Source: an uncultured delta proteobacterium (lineage in GTDB: Bacteria > Myxococcota > Myxococcia > Myxococcales > Anaeromyxobacteraceae). Taken from it: a stretch of 64,000 bases of DNA. This document shows, in pieces, positions 11,472-21,001 of the stretch. Position numbers and translations under genes: made by a program. The notes under the pieces are model-generated. The model ran no database searches, had not been told where the DNA came from, and worked only from the letters and a program-made list of their open reading frames with translations. Position 1 is the stretch's first letter. Every line of letters begins with the position of its first letter. The stretch spans positions 1 to 64,000 of the forward strand of contig CAWHDZ010000009.1 of assembly GCA_963828255.1 (NCBI GenBank), read 5' to 3'.

Positions 11472-12953
11472 CTCAGGATCCTACACATCTTGCGGCAGCG
11501 ATCCGCCTGTGATCAAAGGGTTGGATGACGCGACCGCGAGTTCCCGAAGCCTCGGCAGAGTTCTCCGACGCGGAGTTCGGTGACGAGCGGCTCACACGAC
11601 GGCTGACCCGGATCGCCGATTTTGCGGCGCGTGCGCCGGGCGCTGGGTTCCCGGCGATGGTCAAGTCGGATGCCGAACTCGAGGGCGTGTATCGGTTTCT
11701 GCGCAACGAGCGCGTGACTCCGGCCCGAATCCTTGCGCCGCACGTGGCCGAGACGCTGAAGCGCGCTCAGGGTTCCGCTGTCGTCATCGCGCACGACACG
11801 ACCCAGTTCGCATTCACGGGCAAGGCGAGTCGCCGGGGGTTGGGGCGCGTCGGCACCTCGTACACGCAGCAGGGTTTCTTTGGTCACTTTGCCCTGGCTA
11901 TTTCGGGCGACGAGTCGCGGACGCCCCTCGGTGTCGCTGGCATCAAGACGTTCGTCCGCAGCTGGGAGAAGCGCTCGACAATCTCAGCGCGAGAACGCGA
12001 TGTGAATCCTGACTTGAGTGAGTCGAGGAAGTGGGTGGACCTGGTGCGAGTGACCGCCGCTGCGTTTCCTTGCGCGATCCACGTCATGGATCGCGAGGCG
12101 GATTCATTCACGCTGTTTGCTCGGCTGATCGCCGCGAACACCCGGTTCGTCGTGCGACTCGGCCGCGACAAGAATCTGGCGGAGCCTCCAGAGAAGCTAT
12201 TTGCGGCGGCCGAACGTGCGCCCGTCCACGCCGTTCGATGCGTCCCGATATCCCGTCGACCTCGGCACAAGTCGGGCGCCGCAAGGATGCAGTTTCCGCC
12301 CAGGTGCGAGAGGACGGCGCGCCTCGAACTGCGGGCGGCCACATTCACGCTTCCACGTCCGACCCGACCCCGGTTCAAGACCGGGTATCCGGAGTCGCTC
12401 AGCGTAAACGTCGTCACGGTCGTCGAGCCCGATCCACCCACCGGGCAGGAGCCTGTCTGCTGGCGTCTTCTCACGACGGAACCAATCGGCACGCCGGAAC
12501 AGGTCGAGGCAGTCGTTGACGCCTACAGGGCGCGGTGGCGCATCGAAGAGTTCTTCAAGGCGCTGAAGACCGGGTGCTCCCTGGAGAAGCGCCAACTGGA
12601 ATCGCTGCGGACGCTCGTAAACGCGCTCGCGATGTTCTCCGTGATTGCCTGGCGACTGCTCGTTCTGCGCACCGTCGCGAACCTGGCGCCGGATGCGCCT
12701 GCGACTCACGCCGTCAGCCCGCAGCAGGTCCGATTGCTCCAAGCGCTTTCCGAAGCGCACCCAGACGGATTGCCGCGACTCCAGGTCCCGCGCAAGGCGA
12801 CGGCGAAAGACGTGCTCCTCGCCGTCGCCGCCCTTGGCGGCCACATCAAGAACAACGGCCCCCCTGGGTGGCTCGTACTCGGACGTGGCTACGACGCGCT
12901 TCTCCTGATTCAGCTCGGCTGGCAGGCGCGCGAGAGATGTGATCAATGATGAG
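11472..12953 (+). mobile_element. IS4-family (IS50/Tn5-like) insertion sequence
   Basis: 19-bp ends CTCAGGATCCTACACATCT and (rc) CTCATCATTGATCACATCT; flanks ATCCGGCT/ATCCGGGT form an 8-bp TSD with one mismatch. Confidence 0.9.
11525..12949 (+). CDS. IS4-family transposase (Tn5-like)
   Basis: FGDERL..RL, HDTT, MDREAD, YRARWRIEEFFKALKTGC..EKRQL, LGG....GPPGW..L.RG. Confidence 0.95.
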   Translation: MTRPRVPEASAEFSDAEFGDERLTRRLTRIADFAARAPGAGFPAMVKSDAELEGVYRFLRNERVTPARILAPHVAETLKRAQGSAVVIAHDTTQFAFTGKASRRGLGRVGTSYTQQGFFGHFALAISGDESRTPLGVAGIKTFVRSWEKRSTISARERDVNPDLSESRKWVDLVRVTAAAFPCAIHVMDREADSFTLFARLIAANTRFVVRLGRDKNLAEPPEKLFAAAERAPVHAVRCVPISRRPRHKSGAARMQFPPRCERTARLELRAATFTLPRPTRPRFKTGYPESLSVNVVTVVEPDPPTGQEPVCWRLLTTEPIGTPEQVEAVVDAYRARWRIEEFFKALKTGCSLEKRQLESLRTLVNALAMFSVIAWRLLVLRTVANLAPDAPATHAVSPQQVRLLQALSEAHPDGLPRLQVPRKATAKDVLLAVAALGGHIKNNGPPGWLVLGRGYDALLLIQLGWQARERCDQ

Positions 12954-13530
12954 ATCCGGGTGAACTTTCGGCGACTGCGCCGGCGCTTGCGCCCGTACCC
13001 GCGCGGGAACCGGCGAGGACCGTCGTCGAGCCGCTCACCTCCACGATGAGCCGGCTCCACCTCACCGTGTCGAGGGTGTTCGTCGGGAAGCTCCGGAAGG
13101 CCAGGGCCGGGCAGTCGCACGCCCAGCCCGGCGCGACGATGGAGCAGGTGATCGAGGCGGCGCTGGATCTGCTGCTGGAGAAGCAGGCCAGGCGGCGTGC
13201 CGAGGTGAAGAGGCCGCAGAAGAGGCCGCGTCCGGCGAAATCCGACCATGTCACTGCGGCGGTGAAGCGTGCGGTATGGGCGCGGGACGGCGGAATGTGC
13301 CAGTGGGCCGTGGACGGAGGTAGCGTGTGCGGTTCCACGACGAGGCTGGAGATCGACCACGTGGTGCCACGCGGGAGGGGCGGCCCTTCCACCGTGGAGA
13401 ACTGTCGGCTGGTTTGCAGGGTTCACAACCAGTACGCCGCGCGCCAGGTTTACGGCGACGCCCACATGGACCTGTTCACCCGTGGTTCATCACCGGGCTC
13501 CGCCCCGCTGGCCAGGGAACCCGTCGCCCC

Positions 13531-14700
13531 CTACTCCCCCCGTCGCTCCAGCTCGTCGAGGATGCGGGCGAGGTCCTCGTCCGACGAGGGGATCTCGAGG
13601 ACGCCGTCCCGCGGCTCCGCAGTCGGAGGCCTCCGGGCCGCGCGCTCGGCCCTCTCGCCCTGCTCCGGCTCCCGCACCACCGGCTCCCGCGGCGCAGGCT
13701 CGGGTGAGGGCACGTACCAGTCGGTCCTCCGCTCCAGCCACTCCCGGTAGCGGGCGAAGGTCCAGCAGCCGTCGGCCGCCCCGGTCTCCAGCGCGGTGGG
13801 AATCTTGAAGAACTGCCCCTGCCGGACCATCGCCTTCACCGGCTGGCTGCCCATCAGGATCTCGCACTCGGGGGCCCGCAGGTTCCGCTCCGGGAAGAAA
13901 CGCAGCCTCTGGCAGACCACGCCGACCAGGCAGTCGGCGAGCTGGGTGGCGATGCCGGCCTGGATCTCGGCCGGGAACGCCCCCACGATGCGCTGCAGCG
14001 CCTCGCCGGTCGACGAGGAGTGAACGGTGGTGAGCACCAGGTGCCCGGTCTCGGCGGCCGAGAGGGTGAGCCGCATGGTCTCGGCGTCGCGAAGCTCCCC
14101 CACCACCAGCACGTCGGGGTCCTCCCGCATGGCGTCGTAGAGCCCCTGCTCGAAGCTGGGCGTGTCCCGCCCCACCTCGCGCTGCCGGATGAAGGACTGC
14201 CGGGGCGTGAGCGTGTACTCGATGGGGGACTCGAGGGTGACGACGTGGCGCGCCTCGCGCAGGTTCAGCTCCTGCACCAGCGCGGCCAGCGTGCTCGACT
14301 TGCCCGAGCCGGTCGGGCCGCTCACGATGACCAGCCCGTGGTGCGGCTCGACGAGCCGCACCAGGTCGGCGCGCAGGTTCAGCCGCTCGAGCGTGGCCTG
14401 GGTGGTGGGCAGGAAGCGGATGGCCAGCCCCACCCCGCGGGCCGTGCAGAGCGCGTTCACCCGGCAGCGCACGCCACCCAGGTTGCGGGCCACGTCGGCC
14501 GAGCGCCGCTCCAGGAAGCCGGGCCAGCGATCCTCCCCCACGACCTCCCGCGCCGCCTCGAGAAGCTCGCGCGCGGCCAGCGGCGCCCCCATGGGCTGCA
14601 GCCGTCCCCGGATGCGGGCGCTGGGGGGCAGCCCCGCCTCGAGGTGGAGGTCGCTGGCGCCGGCGTCGCGGGCCGCGGCGATGAGTGCGGGGAGGTCCAT
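13531..14700 (-). CDS. pilT: Type IV pilus retraction ATPase, PilT/PilU family
   Basis: ASDLHL, GPTGSGKSSTLA, TLESPIEY, QREVG, MREDPDV.VVGELRD, AAETGHLV.TTVH. Confidence 0.9.
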   Translation of the reverse strand: MDLPALIAAARDAGASDLHLEAGLPPSARIRGRLQPMGAPLAARELLEAAREVVGEDRWPGFLERRSADVARNLGGVRCRVNALCTARGVGLAIRFLPTTQATLERLNLRADLVRLVEPHHGLVIVSGPTGSGKSSTLAALVQELNLREARHVVTLESPIEYTLTPRQSFIRQREVGRDTPSFEQGLYDAMREDPDVLVVGELRDAETMRLTLSAAETGHLVLTTVHSSSTGEALQRIVGAFPAEIQAGIATQLADCLVGVVCQRLRFFPERNLRAPECEILMGSQPVKAMVRQGQFFKIPTALETGAADGCWTFARYREWLERRTDWYVPSPEPAPREPVVREPEQGERAERAARRPPTAEPRDGVLEIPSSDEDLARILDELERRGE

Positions 14701-14857
14701 CACTTCCGCCGGTGGAAGAGGACCTCGACCAGGTCGTCGTGTCCCGACATCCGGGCCAGCTCGCGGACGGCGAAGAAGTGCATGGCTCTATCTACCACCG
14801 GCGTGACGGCGTGGAACCGATTTGCGCCGACCGTCCTCCGCGGATAGATGCCCGCGC

Positions 14858-16087
14858 ATGGACACCCCCGCCCGGCGCGACTGGCGCACACCCGCCGTGA
14901 CCCTCGCGGCCGGGGCGCTCCTCCTCGCCGTCTCGCTGGGCATCCGCCACACCTTCGGCCTCTTCCTCGCGCCCATGTCGCAGGCCCACGGCTGGACCCG
15001 CGAGGTCTTCGCCTTCGCCATCGCCCTCCAGAACCTGGCCTGGGGCGTGGCCCAGCCCTTCGCGGGACGGATCGCCGACCGGTACGGCTCCGGCCGGGTG
15101 ATCGTGGGCGGCGCCTCCCTCTACGTCCTCGGCCTGGTACTCATGGCCCTCTCCCGGACCGGGACCCTGCTCGCCCTCTCCGCCGGCCTCCTCATCGGGA
15201 TCGGCCTCTCCGGGGCCAGCATCACCGTGGTCTTCGGCGCAGTCCTGCGCAAGACGCCGCCGGGGCGCCGGAGCTTCGCCATGGGCGTCGCCATGTCGGT
15301 GGGCTCCCTGGGCCAGTTCGTCATGCTGCCCGCCGCGCTCACGGCCATCCAGTCGGTGGGCTGGATGACGACGCTGCTCTCGCTCGCCGCCCTCGGCCTC
15401 CTCATGTTCCCGCTGGCCGCTCCCCTCGCCGAGGCGCGCGGCGCCGGCGCCTCCCGCCCTGCCCCCATGCCCCTGCGCGCCGTCCTGGGAGAGGCGCTCT
15501 CGCTCCCCGGCTTCTGGCTGCTCTGCCTGGGCTTCTTCGTGTGCGGATTCCACGTGGTCTTCATCGCCACCCACCTCCCCGCCTACCTGGCGGACCGGGG
15601 GCTCGCCCCCTCCTCGGGCGCGGCGGTGCTGGCGCTGGTGGGGCTCTTCAACATCGCCGGGACCTACACCGCGGGTGTACTGGGAGGCCGGAGGAGCAAG
15701 CCCGGGCTGCTGGTCGCGCTCTACCTCCTGCGCGCGCTCGTGCTGTCGGCGTTCGTGCTGGTCCCGCTCACCGAGGGCTCGGCCTACCTCTTCGGGGCCG
15801 CCATGGGGCTCCTCTGGCTCTCGACCGTCCCCCTCACCAACGGCACGGTGGCGACCCTCTTCGGCGTGGAGAACCTGGCGCTCCTCGGCGGCATCGTCTT
15901 CTTCTTCCACCAGGTGGGCGCGTTCCTGGGCGGATGGCTGGGCGGGCGGCTCTACGTCCTGACGGGGAGCTACGACGTGGTCTGGTGGATGTCGGTGGCG
16001 CTCGCGGTGATGGCCGCCTTGCTCAACGTCCCCATCCGCGAGACGCCGGTGGCGCGGCTCAGGAACCGCACCGAGGGGGCCGTGTGA
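14858..16087 (+). CDS. MFS transporter
   Basis: About 12 TM helices; LGIRHTFGLF, G.IADRYG, CGFHVVFI..HLPAY, FFHQVGAFLG. Confidence 0.92.
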   Translation: MDTPARRDWRTPAVTLAAGALLLAVSLGIRHTFGLFLAPMSQAHGWTREVFAFAIALQNLAWGVAQPFAGRIADRYGSGRVIVGGASLYVLGLVLMALSRTGTLLALSAGLLIGIGLSGASITVVFGAVLRKTPPGRRSFAMGVAMSVGSLGQFVMLPAALTAIQSVGWMTTLLSLAALGLLMFPLAAPLAEARGAGASRPAPMPLRAVLGEALSLPGFWLLCLGFFVCGFHVVFIATHLPAYLADRGLAPSSGAAVLALVGLFNIAGTYTAGVLGGRRSKPGLLVALYLLRALVLSAFVLVPLTEGSAYLFGAAMGLLWLSTVPLTNGTVATLFGVENLALLGGIVFFFHQVGAFLGGWLGGRLYVLTGSYDVVWWMSVALAVMAALLNVPIRETPVARLRNRTEGAV

Positions 16088-16212
16088 CGCGCAGGATGCT
16101 CGTCGCCTCCGGCCTGGGGCTTCTCGCGCTGCTCGTGCTCTGGGCCTTCGTCTCCTACCTGCAGCCGGCCTTCACCGGCGAGGTGGCGGGAGACCTGCTC
16201 CGCTGCAACTGA
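16084..16212 (+). CDS. 42-aa single-TM peptide coupled to the MFS gene
   Basis: GTGA start/stop overlap; MTRRMLVASGLGLLALLVLWAFVSYLQPAF...RCN. Confidence 0.6.
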   Translation: MTRRMLVASGLGLLALLVLWAFVSYLQPAFTGEVAGDLLRCN

Positions 16213-16244
16213 GCGGCGGCGGGCGGCCCCTGCCCGGCCGCGCC

Positions 16245-16706
16245 TCAGGCCTGCAGGGCCTGCTCGAGCAGCCTCTCGTGCCGGACGTCCTGCTTGGCGA
16301 GCGAGGCGAAGAAGCCGCGCACCTCGGGGTCCGCGCTCCGGGCCAGCCCCTCGGCGTGGATCGACCCGCAGCGCCGCTCCACCTCGATCACCTTGCGCAG
16401 GACGGGGCCGGCCGAACGCCCGTCGGAGCTCCTCCGGACCTCCCTGGCCATGGCCGAGAGCTCGGCGACCGTGGTGAGCAGGTCTCCGCGGATCCGGTCG
16501 ATGGCGTCGTCGGTCCAGGTGACGCCCCTGCGGTGGAGGGCGAGGAGCCGGATGCGCAGCGCGTGCTGCTCCTCCTCGTTGGCGAGGCAGAGGAAGCTCT
16601 CGTAGAGGTGCGGGTTCGTCCGGAAGCAGCGCGCCAGCCCGGCGTAGAGGTCGCGAAGGAGGATCTCGATCCGGGCCGCGGTCTGGAAGCATTCCTGGAT
16701 GTTCAC
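16245..16706 (-). CDS. Ferritin/rubrerythrin-like protein, copy 1
   Basis: IE..L..LY, LANEEEQH, IEVE, LAKQDVRH four-helix diiron pattern. Confidence 0.75.
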   Translation of the reverse strand: MNIQECFQTAARIEILLRDLYAGLARCFRTNPHLYESFLCLANEEEQHALRIRLLALHRRGVTWTDDAIDRIRGDLLTTVAELSAMAREVRRSSDGRSAGPVLRKVIEVERRCGSIHAEGLARSADPEVRGFFASLAKQDVRHERLLEQALQA

Positions 16707-16838
16707 GGTGTCACCTCGTCGGCGCTGTGGGTCCTCCCCCAAAAGCGACGTGTACCCAATGTACGGGACACGGAGGGGCGCGCAACGAGGAATCGATATC
16801 GGGCCGAAGTATGAGGTTCGGCCAATCCAGGATCGGCA

Positions 16839-17363
16839 CTACGCGGCGAGGTTGGCGGCGACCTTCCCGGCCGTGATCGACGCAGCGTGAACGGGCGCAA
16901 CCTGGCTCCGGAGGGCCTGCTCGAGCAGCTGCTCGACCCTGCGGTCCCGCCGGGTCAACGAGGCGAAGAACCGGCGAAGCTCGGGGTCCGCGCTCCGGGA
17001 CAGGGTCTCCGCGTGGATGGCGTTGCGGCGGCGCTCCACGTGGATGATCCGGCGGAGGACGGAGACCGGGCTGAAGCTCCCGGAATCCCGGTGGAGTTCG
17101 CCCGCCATCGCCGAGAGCACCGCGACGATCGACACGAGGTCCTGGCGGATGGTGTCGATGGCCTCGTCGGACCACGGGACACCCTTGCGGTCCAGCACGA
17201 GGAGGCGGATGTCCAGGGCGCGCTGCGCCTCCTCGCGGGCGAGATCGAGGAAGTTCTCGCGGAGTGTGCGGTTCGTCGCGAAGCACCGCGCCAGTCCGGT
17301 GTGGAGGTCGCGAAGGAGAATCTGGATCCGCGCGGCGGTCTGGACGCATTCCTGGATGTTCAA
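16839..17363 (-). CDS. Ferritin/rubrerythrin-like protein, copy 2 (degenerate ligands)
   Basis: Clear paralog of 16245..16706; TTG start. Confidence 0.7.
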   Translation of the reverse strand: MNIQECVQTAARIQILLRDLHTGLARCFATNRTLRENFLDLAREEAQRALDIRLLVLDRKGVPWSDEAIDTIRQDLVSIVAVLSAMAGELHRDSGSFSPVSVLRRIIHVERRRNAIHAETLSRSADPELRRFFASLTRRDRRVEQLLEQALRSQVAPVHAASITAGKVAANLAA

Positions 17364-17479
17364 GCGAGCCCCTGTCGGGTTCCCGGGGCCCTCCCCGGGA
17401 CGCAGCGTGTCCCAAGCTTACGGGACAAGCCGATCCATGCAAAAGGAAAACCGATATCGGGGTGAAAATGAGTGACTTT

Positions 17480-18433
17480 TCATTTTTGGGGCGGATCTTC
17501 GAGCCGTCGCTTGAGCTCGGCCAGGCGGACCAGCGCCCGATCCCGGTGGCGCAGGCGGGCCTCGGCCCGCCCTCCGGCATAGTCGTGGAAGCCCGCGCCG
17601 GTCTTGGCGCCGAGGTCGCCGCGTTCCACCCGCTCGCGGAGGTGCGCCGGCGCCCCCTCCTCGCGGCAGAGCTCGGGCGCGAGGTTGTCGATGACGCGGC
17701 GCCAGACGTCGAGCCCTCCCAGGTCCACCATCTCCACCGGCCCCAGGAACGGCCAGCGGACGCCCGGCCCCTCGGTCAGGACGGTGTCGATGTCCTCGGC
17801 CGAGGCCACGCCGGTCTCGAGGAGGTGGAGGGCCTCGCGGACCAGCGCCGCCTGCAGCCGGTTGGCCACGAAGCCCGGCACGTCCCTGCGGAGGAGCACG
17901 GGACGCTTGCCGATGGCCGAGAGGATCCCCATCACCCGCTCGACCTGGCCGGGCGGCATGGACGGGTGGGGCACCACCTCCACGAGCGGGACGAGCTGGG
18001 CCGGGTTGAAGTAGTGGGTGATCGCCATCCGCTCCGGGTGAACCGCCCCCTCGGCGAGCCGGGCGATGGGGAAGGTGGACGTGTTGGAGACCAGGAACGC
18101 CTCGGTCGAGACGACCCGCTCGACCCGGGCGAAGAGCGCGTGCTTCGCGTCGAGGATCTCGGGGATGCACTCGGTGACGAGCGCGGCGCCCCGGAGGGCG
18201 CCGTCGAGTTCGGTGGTCGGGTGGATCCGGGCCCGCGCGGCGGAGGCCGCCCGGGCCTGCAGGACCCCCTCCTCGACCAGCAGCAGGAGGCTCCGGTCCA
18301 CCTCGCGCAGGGCGCCCTCGAGCCTGGGCGTGTCCACGTCGTGGAGCCGGACCTCGGCGCCCGCCGCCGCGAAGAGCTGCGCGATCCCGTGCCCCATCAC
18401 CCCGGCGCCGATCACCGCCACGGGCCCGATCAC
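17480..18433 (-). CDS. 3-hydroxyacyl-CoA dehydrogenase family protein
   Basis: VIGAGVMGHGIA, E.IPE...K, SNTST, HYFNP, PGFVANRLQ; GTGA overlap with the upstream gene. Confidence 0.92.
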   Translation of the reverse strand: MIGPVAVIGAGVMGHGIAQLFAAAGAEVRLHDVDTPRLEGALREVDRSLLLLVEEGVLQARAASAARARIHPTTELDGALRGAALVTECIPEILDAKHALFARVERVVSTEAFLVSNTSTFPIARLAEGAVHPERMAITHYFNPAQLVPLVEVVPHPSMPPGQVERVMGILSAIGKRPVLLRRDVPGFVANRLQAALVREALHLLETGVASAEDIDTVLTEGPGVRWPFLGPVEMVDLGGLDVWRRVIDNLAPELCREEGAPAHLRERVERGDLGAKTGAGFHDYAGGRAEARLRHRDRALVRLAELKRRLEDPPQK

Positions 18434-20532
18434 GGCGCCCCTCCCGCGGGCGCCGGCTCCAGGGTGACCGGCACGCCGCTGAAGTCGGCGTTGCCGCAGA
18501 GCGCGTCCACCCGCTGCTCGTCGGCCAGGTCGTTGAAGCTGGCGTGGCCCCACCCGTGCGGCAGGCAGACCACCCCGGGCCCGACCTCGTCGGTGACCGA
18601 CACCGGCACCCGGACCTCCCCGACCCGGGACCGGACCAGCGCCGGGGCGCCCTCGACGAGCCCGCGCGACGAGGCGTCTTCGGGGTGGACCTGCAGCGTG
18701 CAGCCCACCGGCCCCTTCACGAGCCTGTGGACGCCGTGCATCCAGGAGTTGTTGCTGCGCAGCCTGCGCCGCCCGATGAGCAGCAGGGCGCCCGGCGCCG
18801 GGGGCGCGGCCACGAGATCGGCGTCGATCCGGGCCAGGTCGGCGGCGAGCACGGGAGGGACCAGCCGGATGCGCCGGCCGGGGGTGAAGAGCCTCTCCGG
18901 CAGGCGCGGCACGAGCGGACCGAGGTCCACCCCGTGGGGCGATCGCTCCAGCGCCCCGATCGACAAGGGGTGCGGCCCGAAGCGGAGCAGGAGGCCGAGG
19001 ATGCGGCGCGGGCCGAGGGCGCGGGCCACCCGGAGGGTGGCGCCCAGGTTGCGCCGGTTCCCTCCCCCGCCCCGGGCCCGCAGCGCCAGCGCCAGGCCGA
19101 GGAGGATGTCCCAGTCGTCGCGCACGCCGGGGGGCGGCGCCACCGCCGCCTTCGCGTAGCGGGCCACGTTGCGGACCGCGACGGTGTTGAAGACCAGGTC
19201 GTAGTGGTCGCGCTCCAGGCCGAAGCTGGGCGGGAGGACGAGGTGTGCGTGGCGGGTGGTCTCGTTCCGCTGGAGGTCGATGGCGACCATGAAGTCGAGG
19301 CCGGCCAGGGCCCGGTCGAGCCGGCGCCCGTTGGGCGCGGAGAGCACCGGGTTGCCGGCGAAGGTGACGAGGCCGCGGATCCGGCCGTCACCCGGGGTGT
19401 CGATCTCCTCGGCCAGCGTGGCCGCGGGGAGCTCACCCCCGAACTCGGGCAGTCCGCGGACCCGGCTGCGGAACCGGCCGAAGCTCCCCAGGGAGCCGCG
19501 CCGCGCGTTGAGCGCGACCACGTCGGCGGCCGGCGTGGTGAACATGGCGCCGCCCGGCACGTCGAGGTTCCCGGTGACGACGTTGAGCGCGTTCACGAGC
19601 CAGGAGGCGACGGCGCCGAACTCCTGCGTGGAGATCCCCACCCGCCCGTAGCACACCGCCCTGGGCGCGGCGGCGAAGTCGCGGGCCAGCGAGCGGATGG
19701 CGCCGGGGGCCAGGCCGGTGCGCGCGGCGACGCGCTCGGGCGGGTACCGCTCCACGATCTCGCGGAGCAGTCCGAGACCGTCGGTGAACTTGGCGAGCCG
19801 CCCGGGACGCTCGAGCCCCTCGGCGAAGATCGCGTGGAGCATGCCCAGCAGGAGGGCGGCGTCCCCTCCGGGCCGGATGGGGAGGTGCAGATCCGCCACC
19901 CCGGCGGTCTCGGTGCGGCGTGGGTCCACCACCACCAGCCGCGCGCCCCGCGCACGCAGGGCCGAGAGCCGGTGGGCGATGCCGGGGGCGGTCATGAGGC
20001 TTCCGTTCGAGACCACCGGGTTCGCGCCCAGCACGAGGAAGAAGTCGGTCCGGTCCACGTCGGGCACCGGGAAGAGCAGCTGGTGTCCGAACATCTCCAG
20101 GGCCGCGAGCATCTGCGGCAGCTGGTCCACCGAGGTGGCCGAGAACCGGGAGCGCCCCCCCAGCGCCATGGAGAGGAACGGGACACCGAGGATGGCCCCG
20201 TGGGAGTGAACGGTCGGGTTGCCCGCGTAGAGCCCCACGGCGTTCCTGCCGTGCGCGCGCTGGATGGCGGCGATCCGGTCGGCCGCCTCGGAGAGCGCGT
20301 CCTCCCAGGAGACCGGCTCCCAGCGATCCCCCACCCGGCGCATCGGCTCGCGGATCCGCTCGGGGTGCTCCATCACGTCGGGGATGGCGGCGGCCTTCGG
20401 GCAGATGTGGCCGCGGCTGAAGGGGTCCTTCAGGTCGCCCCGGATCCCGGTGACACGGCCGCCCTCGACCTGCGCGACGATCCCGCAGGTCGCCTCGCAC
20501 AGCATGCAGGTGTGGAGGCGGGTCTCGGGCAT
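18430..20532 (-). CDS. Molybdopterin-dependent oxidoreductase (4Fe-4S Mo/W-bisPGD)
   Basis: TCMLCEATCG...GHICPK, LGANP..SNGS, VVDPRRTETA, SNNSWMH, C-terminal PHGWGH. Confidence 0.9.
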   Translation of the reverse strand: MPETRLHTCMLCEATCGIVAQVEGGRVTGIRGDLKDPFSRGHICPKAAAIPDVMEHPERIREPMRRVGDRWEPVSWEDALSEAADRIAAIQRAHGRNAVGLYAGNPTVHSHGAILGVPFLSMALGGRSRFSATSVDQLPQMLAALEMFGHQLLFPVPDVDRTDFFLVLGANPVVSNGSLMTAPGIAHRLSALRARGARLVVVDPRRTETAGVADLHLPIRPGGDAALLLGMLHAIFAEGLERPGRLAKFTDGLGLLREIVERYPPERVAARTGLAPGAIRSLARDFAAAPRAVCYGRVGISTQEFGAVASWLVNALNVVTGNLDVPGGAMFTTPAADVVALNARRGSLGSFGRFRSRVRGLPEFGGELPAATLAEEIDTPGDGRIRGLVTFAGNPVLSAPNGRRLDRALAGLDFMVAIDLQRNETTRHAHLVLPPSFGLERDHYDLVFNTVAVRNVARYAKAAVAPPPGVRDDWDILLGLALALRARGGGGNRRNLGATLRVARALGPRRILGLLLRFGPHPLSIGALERSPHGVDLGPLVPRLPERLFTPGRRIRLVPPVLAADLARIDADLVAAPPAPGALLLIGRRRLRSNNSWMHGVHRLVKGPVGCTLQVHPEDASSRGLVEGAPALVRSRVGEVRVPVSVTDEVGPGVVCLPHGWGHASFNDLADEQRVDALCGNADFSGVPVTLEPAPAGGAP

Positions 20533-20541
20533 GCCCGGTTC

Positions 20542-20976
20542 CTAGCGGGCGATGGATTCGAGCGCCCGGCGAAGGGGCGCCGGGATCTCCACCGGCTTCG
20601 AGGTGGCGCGGTCCACGAAGACGTGGACCACGGTGCCGGCGGCGCGGACTGCCTCGTCCCCCGCGACGAGGAGCGAGAGACCGTACTGGACCGAGCTCCT
20701 GCCCACCCGATCCACCCGCAGTCCGATCTCGATCTCCTCCGGGTAGGCCACCGGGCGGAAGTAGTCGCAGGCGGAGCTGACCACGAAGCCCACCACGGGG
20801 CCTCCGTGGATGTCGAGCCCGCCGGCCTCGATCAGGTAGCGGTTCACGACGGTGTCGAAGTAGGCGTAGTAGTGGGCGTTGTTGACGTGCCCGTAGACGT
20901 CGTTGTCCATCCAGCGCGGCGTGACGGGCCGGAACCAGGCGTATTCGTCGCGTCGGGGTGGGGTCCTGTCCGCCAT
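20542..20976 (-). CDS. Acyl-CoA thioesterase (4HBT/YbgC hot-dog fold)
   Basis: RWMDNDVYGHVNNA.YY.YFD motif. Confidence 0.9.
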   Translation of the reverse strand: MADRTPPRRDEYAWFRPVTPRWMDNDVYGHVNNAHYYAYFDTVVNRYLIEAGGLDIHGGPVVGFVVSSACDYFRPVAYPEEIEIGLRVDRVGRSSVQYGLSLLVAGDEAVRAAGTVVHVFVDRATSKPVEIPAPLRRALESIAR

Positions 20977-21001
20977 GCCGGACAGTCATAGCCCACCTGC
21001 G

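Larger units (their letters stand above)
11007..13750 (+). pseudogene. DUF222-like/HNH endonuclease gene split by an IS
   Basis: N-terminal half 11007..11471; C-terminal half 12954..13750 with VWARDGG.CQ...CGS...LEIDHVVP..RGG.STVENCRLVCRVHN. Removing the IS restores the frame (VHPGEL). Confidence 0.85.

Noticed and set aside
13046..13750. IscB/Cas9-like RNA-guided nuclease
   Set aside because: An HNH domain is present, but no RuvC motifs or PLMP N-terminus were recognised.
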